A stretch of 64,000 nt of DNA, taken from an uncultured Clostridia bacterium (lineage in GTDB: Bacteria > Bacillota > Clostridia > Christensenellales > UBA1242). Location: contig CAKVID010000002.1 of assembly GCA_934754355.1 (NCBI GenBank), positions 36,404-100,403 on the forward strand. Direction: 5' to 3'. Every line of letters begins with the position of its first letter. Position 1 is the stretch's first letter. Under the pieces are notes generated by a model that searched no databases, had not been told where the DNA came from, and saw only the letters and a list, made by a program, of their open reading frames with translations. This document shows, piece by piece, positions 10,094-19,986 of the stretch. The position numbers and the translations under genes were made by a program.

Positions 10094-11242
10094 TTAGTTT
10101 TTATTATGTATTAATTTTTCTTCTTGTTCTTTTAGAAGAGTGTACTTTCTATTTTGTGTATCAAATCGTCTTTTTTTCTTCCAAATCTTGTAATATGGTC
10201 TTAACAAAATGATAATTATGTAAGTCACACATATTATAACATAGATATAATAACTTACAAAATTGTAATCGTCTACATTTTTAATAATATCTATTTTTAT
10301 TTCATTCTCTAGTGCAAATATTATATTCCCAGAGGTCTTAGTACTTCTGAAATTATCAAAAGTGTTCCTACTATTTGTTTTATCATATTCAAGCAATCTT
10401 TTGAGTGTCTCATTTGCTGGGTGTCCATAACTATTAACACCACTACTTGCAACTACATATTGCGGACTAGTAACTTTTATGAAATTTTCGCTATTTGAAT
10501 ATTTACTTCCATGATGAGATAATTTCAAAATATCACAATTAAGCAAATCTGTATCGTAATTTTCTATTATTTTTCTTTCAGATTTTTCAGATATATCTCC
10601 AGCCAAAATAACTTTCTTGCCACTATCATTTATTACAATTAGCGGAGAAAATTCATTAGTATCAAGGTTATTGTAATTATCCAAATATTCATAAGGTGTT
10701 AAGATATTAATTTTTGCATTTCCCTCATGCAAAATTTTATTTTTGGTTATTTCTGTATGCACATTTTTGACAAGAGTTGTTTGCAGAATATCCCTATATG
10801 TTACATTCTCACACGCTGGGGATTTATTCTCCGATATTTCATAAATTGCTGGGCGATAGAATATTCCTACTTGATAATTATCTAGTATAAATTTGATATT
10901 GCCACTATGGTCTACATCGGGGTGAGTAAGTAATAAATAATCTATCTTCTTCTTTCCACGCAAAACTACATTATCCAAGTAATTAGATAATTTATGTTTA
11001 TATTCTTTTGTCCCACTATCTACAAGCATCACTTTATCATTTGGAAATTTGATAGCAATAGCATCACCTTGGCCTACATCAATAAAATGAACTTGTGTAC
11101 TATCTGTAGTAGAAATTTTAGGTTTAAGTAGTAAAATAACCTCCATAGTGCTAGCAAAAATTCCAGATATTAGAACGAGAACAAGCAGTATTACAAGAAA
11201 AATATTTTTCTTTAAATAATTTTTGGTTTTGTTTAGGTTCAT
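10094..11242 (-). CDS. Membrane-anchored metallo-beta-lactamase-fold protein (ComEC/Rec2-type lactamase_B domain only)
   Basis: N-terminal TM helix, then HFIDVGQGDAIAIKF...VDSGT...LLLTHPDVDHSGN (MBL motifs HxHxDH). C-terminal TM helix. Lacks the ComEC channel domain. Confidence 0.6.
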   Translation of the reverse strand: MNLNKTKNYLKKNIFLVILLVLVLISGIFASTMEVILLLKPKISTTDSTQVHFIDVGQGDAIAIKFPNDKVMLVDSGTKEYKHKLSNYLDNVVLRGKKKIDYLLLTHPDVDHSGNIKFILDNYQVGIFYRPAIYEISENKSPACENVTYRDILQTTLVKNVHTEITKNKILHEGNAKINILTPYEYLDNYNNLDTNEFSPLIVINDSGKKVILAGDISEKSERKIIENYDTDLLNCDILKLSHHGSKYSNSENFIKVTSPQYVVASSGVNSYGHPANETLKRLLEYDKTNSRNTFDNFRSTKTSGNIIFALENEIKIDIIKNVDDYNFVSYYIYVIICVTYIIIILLRPYYKIWKKKRRFDTQNRKYTLLKEQEEKLIHNKN

Positions 11243-12081
11243 ATATTAATTTTTCTCCAACTCCACCAATGTTTTTTAAGTTTCTTTTTTCTAAAGAGTT
11301 CTTTAATCTTTGGCATCATTTCTTTAGTTGCTTTATAGCCCTCTTCAATCATTTCCATCATTCCATCGGTTTTTGATGCTCTAAAGCGTTTTAAATCGGG
11401 TTTAACCATTATATCTGCATTAAGATAGCCCTTAATAGCGTTACTTTTCATCATTACATCAATGCTTGCCATTAGCAAATCTAGATATTTAGTCGATTTT
11501 GCACCATTTCCTCTGGTAGAATTAATATCTATTGCAACAACAGCATCACAACCTAGTTTTCTTAGAACATCAGCTGGAATTGTATTCTGAAGTCCACCAT
11601 CAAAAAGCAATTTATCTTCAAAATTAACTGCGTTAAATACAGTAGGAACTGCACAACTACCAGCAAGAGCCTTGCACAATCTACCATGAGTAATATCTAC
11701 CTCATTACCAGATATCATATCTACAGCAACTGCACAGAAAGGTGTTTTCAAGTCTTCGACATTAATATCGCCCATTGTTCTAATAACTATATTTTCTATT
11801 CCTTCTGTTGAGCTTGGCATGAATGGAATTTTGCTAGTTCTAATATCTTTAACCTTAATAGTTTTAGCTATTTCTTCCATTTGCGAACTAAGTACTCCAT
11901 AAGACATCATAGCACCAACAACTGAACCAATAGAAGTGCCAGCAATATAATCAAATTTGATATTTTCTTCTTCAAATGCCTTAATTACACCAATTAATGC
12001 AAAGCCTCTAGCCCCACCACCACCAAGAGCTAATCCTATTTTTTTATATTTTTTTAGTTTTGGAGCAACTAAAATTTCCAT
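11239..12081 (-). CDS. Patatin-like phospholipase
   Basis: GGGGARG oxyanion motif, GTSIGS (GxSxG) nucleophile, and DGG catalytic Asp (LFDGGL). Confidence 0.8.
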   Translation of the reverse strand: MEILVAPKLKKYKKIGLALGGGGARGFALIGVIKAFEEENIKFDYIAGTSIGSVVGAMMSYGVLSSQMEEIAKTIKVKDIRTSKIPFMPSSTEGIENIVIRTMGDINVEDLKTPFCAVAVDMISGNEVDITHGRLCKALAGSCAVPTVFNAVNFEDKLLFDGGLQNTIPADVLRKLGCDAVVAIDINSTRGNGAKSTKYLDLLMASIDVMMKSNAIKGYLNADIMVKPDLKRFRASKTDGMMEMIEEGYKATKEMMPKIKELFRKKKLKKHWWSWRKINI

Positions 12082-12272
12082 AATTTCCCTCTATTTATAT
12101 TTTTTTATATTATATACTAAACAACTATTCGGAACAAACAAAATTAACAATAATTATTTTTTTGAATTTTCATCAATTTTTAATTATTTACAAATAAATA
12201 AAATCAAATAATAATTAATTTGAAATAAATTGCTTTTGTAGTATAATTATTTTGAGAGGTTAATAAAAATAT

Positions 12273-12950
12273 ATGTTTATAATTAAGAAAAATTGGTATG
12301 AAAAATTAAAAGACGAATTTGAAAGTACTGAGTACAAGAACTTAGAAACTTGGCTAAATAATGAATACAAAACAAAAACAATTTATCCTACCCCAGAGAA
12401 TGTATTTAATGCTCTTAATTTAGTTAAATTTGATGATGTAAAAGTAGTTATCATTGGTCAAGACCCATATCATAATCCCAACCAAGCACATGGGTTATCT
12501 TTCTCGGTAGAAAATGATATTGCCATTCCACCATCGCTTCAGAATATCTACAAAGAATTGCATGATGATTTAGGTTGTTATATTCCTAATAATGGTAATT
12601 TGACCAAATGGGCAAAACAAGGCGTGTTACTACTTAATAGTGTATTAACAGTTGAAAGAAACAAACCTAATAGTCACAAGAATAAAGGCTGGGAAAAAAT
12701 TACTAGTAAAGTAGTAGAATTACTAAATGAAAGACAAAATCCTGTAATATTTTTGTTATGGGGTGCAAATGCCAAAGCAATTGGCAAAAACATAGACACA
12801 AGCAGACATTATGTTTTAACTGCTGTTCACCCTAGCCCAATGAGTGCTAATCAAGGTGGCTGGTTTGGTTGCAAACATTTTAGTAAATGTAATGAAATTC
12901 TAAAATCTTTAGGACAAGAGCCAATAGACTGGCAAATAGAAAATATATAA
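12273..12950 (+). CDS. ung: Uracil-DNA glycosylase
   Basis: GQDPYH water-activating motif and HPSPMSA leucine-loop region. Length is 225 aa. Confidence 0.9.
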   Translation: MFIIKKNWYEKLKDEFESTEYKNLETWLNNEYKTKTIYPTPENVFNALNLVKFDDVKVVIIGQDPYHNPNQAHGLSFSVENDIAIPPSLQNIYKELHDDLGCYIPNNGNLTKWAKQGVLLLNSVLTVERNKPNSHKNKGWEKITSKVVELLNERQNPVIFLLWGANAKAIGKNIDTSRHYVLTAVHPSPMSANQGGWFGCKHFSKCNEILKSLGQEPIDWQIENI

Positions 12951-13015
12951 ATAGACACTATTTACAAATATCAAAAACTGTAGTAAAATATAAACATATT
13001 TTATAGAGGTGAAAT

Positions 13016-13600
13016 ATGAATTTATTATTATCTACATTTACCGAAGTAATCTTACCACTTATATTCTTGGTTATAGGGTTGGTTAGTTGTTTCTTTATTT
13101 ATCGTGCAGTCAAAAAGAAGTTTAATAAACCAGTAGATGCAGCACTTCAAAGAAACACCACTCCACAAGTAAAATTGAAAGAGAGTTATTGTACAGAGAA
13201 AGAAATGATATTCTTAAATGCCTTACACAAAGCATTACCAAGAGAATGTATATCATTTCCGAATGTTGGTGTATCAAAACTAATTGAACCAAAAGGCAAC
13301 TTAGTTGACTACAAAAGCGTTATGGATAAATATGTTGATATATGTATTTTTCTAAGAAAAGGAATGAAACCAATTCTAGTAATAGATTTGTTTGAAGCAA
13401 GCCCAGTTGCTCAACAATTAAAGAAATTTGATGAAAATGTACTATCTATATTGAAGGAAGTTAAAATTCCTGTATTACACAAACAAATTGAAGCAGAATA
13501 CAATATTGAAGAATTAAAAATTCAAATACTCAAAGCCATGAATAGCACAACTGTTGCCTACCTTAAAGACAAAATAATTAATGATAGTGTCAGAAAATAA
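13016..13600 (+). CDS. Membrane-anchored DUF2726-like protein
   Basis: N-terminal TM helix. Central region (EKEMIFLNALHKALP...ISFPNVGVSKLI...DICIF...PILVIDL) resembles the DUF2726/NERD-like pattern. Assignment is weak. Confidence 0.35.
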   Translation: MNLLLSTFTEVILPLIFLVIGLVSCFFIYRAVKKKFNKPVDAALQRNTTPQVKLKESYCTEKEMIFLNALHKALPRECISFPNVGVSKLIEPKGNLVDYKSVMDKYVDICIFLRKGMKPILVIDLFEASPVAQQLKKFDENVLSILKEVKIPVLHKQIEAEYNIEELKIQILKAMNSTTVAYLKDKIINDSVRK

Positions 13601-13697
13601 ATAATTACTGACAAAATATCAAATAAATTACAAAAAATAAAAAGTGACGGAATTTTATATATTTTCATCACTTTTTTTGTTTATTAATTTAAAATGT

Positions 13698-14570
13698 TTA
13701 TTTATTTAAAAATTTAATTGCTTCTGTTGCAGCGATTGCACCATCAGAGCAAGCAGTAATAATTTGTTTTAATGATTTTTTTCTAACATCACCTGCTACA
13801 AATACATTAGATTTATTTGTGTGCATATCTGCATCTGACAGTATTTGATTATTTTCGATATTAATATAATTTCTATACAAATCCAAATTTGAGTATTTAC
13901 CCAAGTCTATAAAAATACCATCACAATCCAAAGTTTGTTTTTTGCCATCTACATCTATAGTTATATTCTTAACAACATTATCTCCTGTAATTTCTACGGG
14001 CTTAATATTACTTAATACTTTTACATTAGAATTTTGATAACCATTTGAAGTATCTAATACTGTAATATCTTTACTGATATTTAATAAATAATCTACATCT
14101 TTTTTTGCTGAGTTATTATTTGTAAAGACTACTAATTTTTTATTTTTATATAAATTTCCATCACATATTGCACAATAACTAACACCTTTAAATTTGAAAA
14201 TATCTTCTCCTTCTATATTTAGTTTTCTAGGAGACGAACCACAAGCAATTATAAGTGCTTTATATTCTATTTGATTTTTATCAGCCATAGTAATTTTATT
14301 ATTATCAAAGTCGATACTAACTATAGTTCCAAATTCAAAATTTACTCCAAATTGCATACATTGCATTTGCATATTTTGTACCAACTCAATCCCGTCTACT
14401 TTTACAAAACCCGGATAGTTTTCAATACTCTTTAGATTAGCAGTTGTTCCGCCTAAATTATTCTCTTCAATAATTAGCACACTTTTATTTGCCCTACCTG
14501 CATAAATGCCAGCAGTAAGACCTGCCACGCCACTACCTATTATTACAATATCTATCATTATATACTCCAC
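13698..14570 (-). CDS. Thioredoxin-reductase-like flavoprotein lacking the NAD(P)H-binding motif
   Basis: FAD motif GSGVAGLTAG and redox-active CAICDG (TrxB CATCDG). The GGGNSA/GxGxxA site is replaced by TNNNSA, and HRRD by DTSN. Confidence 0.8.
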   Translation of the reverse strand: MEYIMIDIVIIGSGVAGLTAGIYAGRANKSVLIIEENNLGGTTANLKSIENYPGFVKVDGIELVQNMQMQCMQFGVNFEFGTIVSIDFDNNKITMADKNQIEYKALIIACGSSPRKLNIEGEDIFKFKGVSYCAICDGNLYKNKKLVVFTNNNSAKKDVDYLLNISKDITVLDTSNGYQNSNVKVLSNIKPVEITGDNVVKNITIDVDGKKQTLDCDGIFIDLGKYSNLDLYRNYINIENNQILSDADMHTNKSNVFVAGDVRKKSLKQIITACSDGAIAATEAIKFLNK

Positions 14571-14623
14571 ATTGAATTATTTGCTTAATTCTCTATTATT
14601 ATATCAAATATAGAAATTAAATA

Positions 14624-14659
14624 CAAAAAAAGTTGGCAAAATAGTGTCAACTTTTTTTA
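14624..14659 (-). terminator. Terminator at end of alpha operon (after rplQ); palindromic, bidirectional
   Basis: AAGTTGGCAAAATAGTGTCAACTT hairpin flanked by an A-run and a T-run. Confidence 0.5.
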
Positions 14660-14677
14660 ATATTTAAACAAACATAA

Positions 14678-15181
14678 TTAAACTAATTCAATAATAGCCA
14701 TCTCAGCATTATCGCCATTTCTAGTACCCAATTTGATAATTCTTGTATAGCCACCACCAATACCTAGAGTTTCTTTTCTGCTAGCATATTTAGGAGCATA
14801 AACATTAAATATTTTCTCAATAAGAGGGTGTTTGATATCTTCTGTACGCTTAACATAATCTGCTTTAGATTCTTTGTCTGCTCTTACTTCTTGGATATCA
14901 TACAATTTGCTCATCAAATCTCTACGGCAACTAAGTTTCTTTGCACCGTCATTGATTACTTCTTTGTTAACTTTTACACCTTTTTCATCAGTTGTAGTTT
15001 TAGTTGTTTTAACAACATCATCATATGTGTTGATAGCTTTGGTCAAAAGTTTCTCAGCATATGTTCTTACTTCTTTTGCTTTTTCTAGTGTAGTCTCAAT
15101 TTTTCCATACCAAAGAAGATTTGTAGCAAGACTGCGTATAACTGCCAATCTTTGATCTGTAGGTCTATTTAATTTTCTCAT
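14678..15181 (-). CDS. rplQ: 50S ribosomal protein L17 (with about 40-aa internal insertion)
   Basis: MRKLNRPTDQRLAVIRSLATNLLWYGKIETTLEKAKE... is the L17 signature. 167 aa, against a typical 120 to 130 aa. Confidence 0.9.
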   Translation of the reverse strand: MRKLNRPTDQRLAVIRSLATNLLWYGKIETTLEKAKEVRTYAEKLLTKAINTYDDVVKTTKTTTDEKGVKVNKEVINDGAKKLSCRRDLMSKLYDIQEVRADKESKADYVKRTEDIKHPLIEKIFNVYAPKYASRKETLGIGGGYTRIIKLGTRNGDNAEMAIIELV

Positions 15182-15202
15182 TTATACAAATTCTCCCTTA
15201 AA

Positions 15203-16156
15203 TTATTCTTCGTCATTTCTTAGTGACAAACCAAAACTTTGAAGTTTAGCAGCCACTTCTTCTAGAGATCTCTTACCTAAATTCTTAACTTTAGCCAAAT
15301 CACTCTCAGATTTCTTTGTTAGATCTGCAACGGTATTAATACCTGCTCTCTTCAAACAATTGTAACTTCTAACTGACAAATCAATATCCTCAATTGTCAT
15401 CTCCAATACTTTTGTCTGTTTATCTTCTTCACGACTAACAAGAATATCCATTTGTGACATACTCTCAACCAAATCAACAAACAAACCAATGTGGTCTTGT
15501 ACCAATTTACCAGATAAAGATATAACTTCTCTAGCAGATAGAGTACCATTTGTTTCTACTTCGATTGTAAGTTTATCGTAGTCAATGCTTTGACCAACAC
15601 GGGTATTTCCTACAAAGTAATTAACTTTTTTAACTGGTGTAAATATGCTATCTACAGCGATATAGCCAATTGGCATATCTTCTCTTTTATTTGCATCAGC
15701 AGGAACATAACCTCTACCTCTACCAATGTATACTTCTAATTCAAATTTAGCAGTATCATCTAGAGTACATATATGAAGGTCTGGATTTAAGATTTCAACC
15801 AAATCATTTGGCTCAAAATCTGCAGCAGTAACTTCGCCTGCACCATACTTATTTATTCTTAATATAGTTGTGAAATCTTTAGCAGTATCGAAACTTTTTA
15901 CTGCCAAATTTTTGATATTTAAGACAATGTCTACAACATCTTCTGTAACACCTTTAATTGTAGAAAACTCGTGTTGAACACCGCTTATTTTAATTCCAAC
16001 TGGAGCAGCGCCTGGAAGAGCAGACAAAAGTACTCTTCTTAGACAGTTGCCAAGTGTAATTCCAAAACCTCTATCCAATGGTTCTACAACAAATCTTGCA
16101 AAACACCCATTGTCAGTTTCTTCACAAGTAATTCTTGGTTTTTCAATTTCCATCAT
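15203..16156 (-). CDS. rpoA: DNA-directed RNA polymerase subunit alpha
   Basis: Conserved N-terminal domain GFGITLGNCLRRVLLSALPGAAP and C-terminal domain with the HhH motif. Confidence 0.95.
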   Translation of the reverse strand: MMEIEKPRITCEETDNGCFARFVVEPLDRGFGITLGNCLRRVLLSALPGAAPVGIKISGVQHEFSTIKGVTEDVVDIVLNIKNLAVKSFDTAKDFTTILRINKYGAGEVTAADFEPNDLVEILNPDLHICTLDDTAKFELEVYIGRGRGYVPADANKREDMPIGYIAVDSIFTPVKKVNYFVGNTRVGQSIDYDKLTIEVETNGTLSAREVISLSGKLVQDHIGLFVDLVESMSQMDILVSREEDKQTKVLEMTIEDIDLSVRSYNCLKRAGINTVADLTKKSESDLAKVKNLGKRSLEEVAAKLQSFGLSLRNDEE

Positions 16157-16187
16157 GTGACTTTCCTCACTTAAAATTTATTATTTA

Positions 16188-16811
16188 TTATTTAGAGTAC
16201 AACTCTACAATCAAATGTTCACGAATGTTAAGATCAATATCATCTCTTTGAGGCATTGCATTAATTTTTCCAGTAAGTTTCTCAGTGTTAAATTCTAACC
16301 ACTTAGGCATAACAACTTTAACATCTTTCAAATCTTTGAACATTGGAAGTTCTTTCTTACCATCTTTGATAGCGATAATATCATCAACTTTTACTAAGTA
16401 AGATGGAATATTAACTGTTTTGCCATTAACTGTAATATGACCATGATTAACAATTTGTCTGCTTTCTTTTCTAGAAGCTCCAATACCCATTCTATATATA
16501 ACATTGTCTAGTCTTCTTTCTAGTAAAGATAACATATTTTCACCGACAATACCTGTTCTTTGGTTATTAGCCATATCATAATATGCTCTAAATTGTTTTT
16601 CAAGCAAGCCATATGCTTTTTTAACTTTTTGTTTTTCTCTTAATTGTAGACTATATTCAGTAGCCTTCTTTCTGCTAGCACCGTGTACGCCTGGTACATT
16701 AGGTCTTCTTTCCATAGCACATTTTTTAGAAGTACATCTTTCGCCTTTAAGGAATAATTTACAACCCTCTCTGCGACAAATTCTACAATCTGGACCTGTA
16801 TATTTTGCCAT
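16188..16811 (-). CDS. rpsD: 30S ribosomal protein S4
   Basis: MAKYTGPDCRICRREG... with the S4 zinc-finger-like N-terminus and S4 domain. Confidence 0.95.
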   Translation of the reverse strand: MAKYTGPDCRICRREGCKLFLKGERCTSKKCAMERRPNVPGVHGASRKKATEYSLQLREKQKVKKAYGLLEKQFRAYYDMANNQRTGIVGENMLSLLERRLDNVIYRMGIGASRKESRQIVNHGHITVNGKTVNIPSYLVKVDDIIAIKDGKKELPMFKDLKDVKVVMPKWLEFNTEKLTGKINAMPQRDDIDLNIREHLIVELYSK

Positions 16812-16830
16812 TCTAAATTTTCTCCTTTAA

Positions 16831-17226
16831 TTATATTCTTCTGCGTTTTGGTGGACGACAACCATTGTGAGGTATAGGTGAAACATCTTTAATCATAGTG
16901 ATGTCTAGGCCTACTGTTTGCAATGCTCTGATAGCAGTTTCTCTACCATTGCCTGGACCTTTAACATATACTTCAACAGATTTAATACCTTGTTCTTTTG
17001 CACTTTTAGCAGCGATTTCAGCGGCTTGTTGTGCAGCATAAGGAGTGCTTTTTCTAGCGCCACTAAGTCCTAAACTACCAGCACTACTCCAAGAAACTGC
17101 GTTACCAGCATTATCTGTAATGGTGATAATAGTGTTATTGAAAGAAGCGTGTATGTATGCAGCACCTTTATCTAAATTTTTAGTTACTTTTTTCTTTTTT
17201 GTAACTTTGCTCTTTGTAACAGCCAT
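16831..17226 (-). CDS. rpsK: 30S ribosomal protein S11
   Basis: [18 protein letters not shown]-type core and the C-terminal GCRPPKRRR-like tail. Confidence 0.95.
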   Translation of the reverse strand: MAVTKSKVTKKKKVTKNLDKGAAYIHASFNNTIITITDNAGNAVSWSSAGSLGLSGARKSTPYAAQQAAEIAAKSAKEQGIKSVEVYVKGPGNGRETAIRALQTVGLDITMIKDVSPIPHNGCRPPKRRRI

Positions 17227-17249
17227 TTATTTTCTCCTTAAAATATTAA

Positions 17250-17630
17250 TTATTTCGCTTTCTCTTTCTTAGACTTAGAAACCGTTTTCTTAGGACCTTT
17301 TCTAGTTCTAGCATTTTGTTTTGTATTTTGACCACGAACTGGTAATCCTTTTCTGTGGCGGATTCCACGATAACAACCGATTTCTTGTAGTCTTTTGATA
17401 TTTAATGAAACTTCTCTTTGAAGGTCGCCTTCAACAACACAATTCTTCTCGATGTATGATCTAATTTTACCTACTTCTTCTTCGGTCAAATCTTTAACAC
17501 GAGTATCTGGATTTACTTTAGTTTCCTTCAAAATTTCATTAGCAGTTTGTCTACCAATTCCGTAGATATAAGTTAAACCTATCTCTACTCTTTTGTCATT
17601 TGGTAAATCAATTCCAGCAATACGAGCCAT
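17250..17630 (-). CDS. rpsM: 30S ribosomal protein S13
   Basis: [26 protein letters not shown]. Confidence 0.95.
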   Translation of the reverse strand: MARIAGIDLPNDKRVEIGLTYIYGIGRQTANEILKETKVNPDTRVKDLTEEEVGKIRSYIEKNCVVEGDLQREVSLNIKRLQEIGCYRGIRHRKGLPVRGQNTKQNARTRKGPKKTVSKSKKEKAK

Positions 17631-17954
17631 TTTTTTCCTCCATAAATTAATTTAATTTGTTTCAAATTTCAAGTTAAATAAATTGAATTGATATTAATTA
17701 TCAATAATTATCCAATTATTATTGGATAGTATCCAAAGAATTTCTTTGGATTATCTAAAGTTAAACTTTAGAATTATTAGGAAAAATCCTAATGTAACAA
17801 ATAAAGATAAATTTATTTGTCATATCCATTTCTGGAAAATATATATAAACGCAAAGTAAGAATTTGCCGCGACTTACTTGCAATTATTTTCAAAGTCAGT
17901 ACTCAAAAATATGAGTGTAAAATAGATTACATTAGACTTTCTATATAACAAAGA

Positions 17955-18071
17955 TTAACCTTGTCTTTGTTTGTGTTTAGGATATTTTGAACAAATAACC
18001 ATAACTGTGCCATTTCTCTTAATTACTTTGCAACTGTCACACATTTTCTTTACTGATGGTCTTACTTTCAT
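17955..18071 (-). CDS. rpmJ: 50S ribosomal protein L36 (zinc-ribbon form)
   Basis: Manual translation gives [47 protein letters not shown] upstream. Not in the ORF track because it is under 60 aa. Confidence 0.9.
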   Translation of the reverse strand: MKVRPSVKKMCDSCKVIKRNGTVMVICSKYPKHKQRQG

Positions 18072-18083
18072 AACTTTACTCTC

Positions 18084-18317
18084 CTAATTTTTGTTTTTTA
18101 ATCGCCATATTATGCGACCTTTTGTTAAGTCATAGAGCGACATTTCAACTTTTACTTGGTCACCTACTAATATTCTTATATTATTTAAGTGTAATTTACC
18201 AGATAAGTATGCAGTAATTATAAAGCCATTAGATAATTGAACTTTAAAATTTGCATTTCTTAAAACTTCGACTACGACACCTTCTGTTTCTACAACATCT
18301 GTCTTTGACACAAACAA
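18084..18317 (-). CDS. infA: Translation initiation factor IF-1
   Basis: ...[69 protein letters not shown] (S1-like OB fold). Probable non-ATG start (TTG or GTG) 7 to 11 nt after an AGGAGG RBS. Exact start is uncertain between 18311 and 18335. Confidence 0.85.
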   Translation of the reverse strand: MFVSKTDVVETEGVVVEVLRNANFKVQLSNGFIITAYLSGKLHLNNIRILVGDQVKVEMSLYDLTKGRIIWRLKNKN

Positions 18318-18325
18318 CAAGCCTC

Positions 18326-18589
18326 CTATTTGCAATCGCTAGATTTAATGTAATCTTTTAAGTATTTTATAACATCACAATTTGCTACACTATCTACATC
18401 AATTTCCGATGTTTTGTTTAGTAATTTCAGATGCTTAAAATTTTTTTTCTTTGGACATTCAATTGGTCTAGAATTTCCATTAATTAAATATGCAAATTTA
18501 TTATCCGCACTCTTAATTATGTAAATTTCGTTTTTGTCTCTACCATATGTAGATTTAACCACTGCACCCTTACAAAAATATTCTACCAT
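18326..18589 (-). CDS. KOW-domain RNA-binding protein (YbzG-like), in the B. subtilis-like map-ybzG-infA position
   Basis: [47 protein letters not shown] matches the YbzG/L14E-like KOW pattern. Position matches B. subtilis ybzG. Confidence 0.6.
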   Translation of the reverse strand: MVEYFCKGAVVKSTYGRDKNEIYIIKSADNKFAYLINGNSRPIECPKKKNFKHLKLLNKTSEIDVDSVANCDVIKYLKDYIKSSDCK

Positions 18590-18596
18590 AAAACTC

Positions 18597-19343
18597 CTAC
18601 AATGTTAATATCTCTACGCCATTTTCTGTAATAAGTACTGTATTTTCATAATGTGCTGATGGCAAGCCATCTCTTGTTTTGCATGTCCAACCGTCAGACA
18701 TAAACACAACATTCTTGTCACCCATATTAACCATAGGCTCAATAGCAATAACGCTGTTTGCATTTAGTCTAGGACCACTACCTGCTTTTCCATAGTTAGG
18801 AACCATTGGATCTTCATGAAGTTGTTTGCCTACTCCATGTCCTACAAGTTCTCTTACTATTGAATAACCATTTTTTTCTACAAAAGTCTGTATTCTATGA
18901 GATATATCACCTACGAATGCACCACTTTTCAAATCTTTTATACCTTCAAAGAAGCTTTGTTCTGTAATTTTAATTAATCGTTTAACTTTTGCATCAATCT
19001 TCCCTACTGGGAAAGTTCTAGCAGCATCGCCATGGTAACCTTTATATTTAGCACCACAATCAATGCTAATAATATCTCCTTCTTTCAAGACGATATTATT
19101 ACTTGGAATTCCATGTACTATTGTATCGTTAACCGAAGCACATATACTACCAGGAAAACCGCAATAGTTCTTAAAGGAAGGCGTAGCACCTTGAGATTTG
19201 ATATAATCAAATGCAATCTTATCTAATTCTTTGGTACTAATGCCTACCCTTATACTATCTTTTACAACTTTAAGTGTATCTCTAGTAATCCTTCCTGCTT
19301 CTCGCATTAATTCGATTTCTTCTTGAGATTTTATCTTAATCAT
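18597..19343 (-). CDS. map: Methionine aminopeptidase type I
   Basis: Pita-bread fold metal ligands (D...D...H...E...E) in context SIDCGAKYKGYHGDAARTF...HGVG. Confidence 0.9.
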   Translation of the reverse strand: MIKIKSQEEIELMREAGRITRDTLKVVKDSIRVGISTKELDKIAFDYIKSQGATPSFKNYCGFPGSICASVNDTIVHGIPSNNIVLKEGDIISIDCGAKYKGYHGDAARTFPVGKIDAKVKRLIKITEQSFFEGIKDLKSGAFVGDISHRIQTFVEKNGYSIVRELVGHGVGKQLHEDPMVPNYGKAGSGPRLNANSVIAIEPMVNMGDKNVVFMSDGWTCKTRDGLPSAHYENTVLITENGVEILTL

Positions 19344-19965
19344 TGTTAACCTCGTTTAGAACTGATTTAACTAGAGCAAATGTATCATCTACATTGTCGG
19401 TTGCATCAATTTTACTAAACACGCCTTTATTTTTATAATAATTTATAACATCTTGTGATACCGCTTGTTTGGCAAGTCTTACTTTGATAACTTCTGGTTT
19501 ATCATCGTCTCTTACATACACATCGCCACCACACTTCTCGCATTTGTCATCTACCAACCAACTAAGTGATGTTGGCTGACTGCATTTGCTACACATTCTA
19601 CGGCTAGATAATCTTTCAATTATCTTCTCTTCGCTCAAATCAATCATAAGGGCCAAATCTATATCTGTAATAGTACTCAAAAATTCTGCCTGAGCCAAAT
19701 TTCTTGGGTATCCATCAAGGATAAATCCGTTCTTACAATCATCAGATTTAAGTCTATCTTCAACCAATTTATTGGTTAATTCTTCTGGTACAAGTTCGCC
19801 TTTATCAATATAAGACTTAGCAATCTTGCCTAATTCAGTTTCGTTTTTAATATTTTCTCTAAATATTTCACCTGTTGAGATATGAGGCAAATTGTATTCA
19901 CGGCTAATAATGCCTGCTTGAGTACCTTTGCCACTTCCAACTGGTCCGAGTAAAACTAATTTCAT
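19336..19965 (-). CDS. adk: Adenylate kinase (zinc-binding lid)
   Basis: P-loop GPVGSGKGTQ. Lid domain with CSKC...CEKC. Confidence 0.95.
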   Translation of the reverse strand: MKLVLLGPVGSGKGTQAGIISREYNLPHISTGEIFRENIKNETELGKIAKSYIDKGELVPEELTNKLVEDRLKSDDCKNGFILDGYPRNLAQAEFLSTITDIDLALMIDLSEEKIIERLSSRRMCSKCSQPTSLSWLVDDKCEKCGGDVYVRDDDKPEVIKVRLAKQAVSQDVINYYKNKGVFSKIDATDNVDDTFALVKSVLNEVNND

Positions 19966-19986
19966 TTATTTCCCTCTTTTCATTCT

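Noticed and set aside
13636-13690. Possible terminator between the DUF2726 gene and the trxB-like gene
   Set aside because: The stem is only 5 to 6 bp with a loop of about 23 nt. That is too weak to call.
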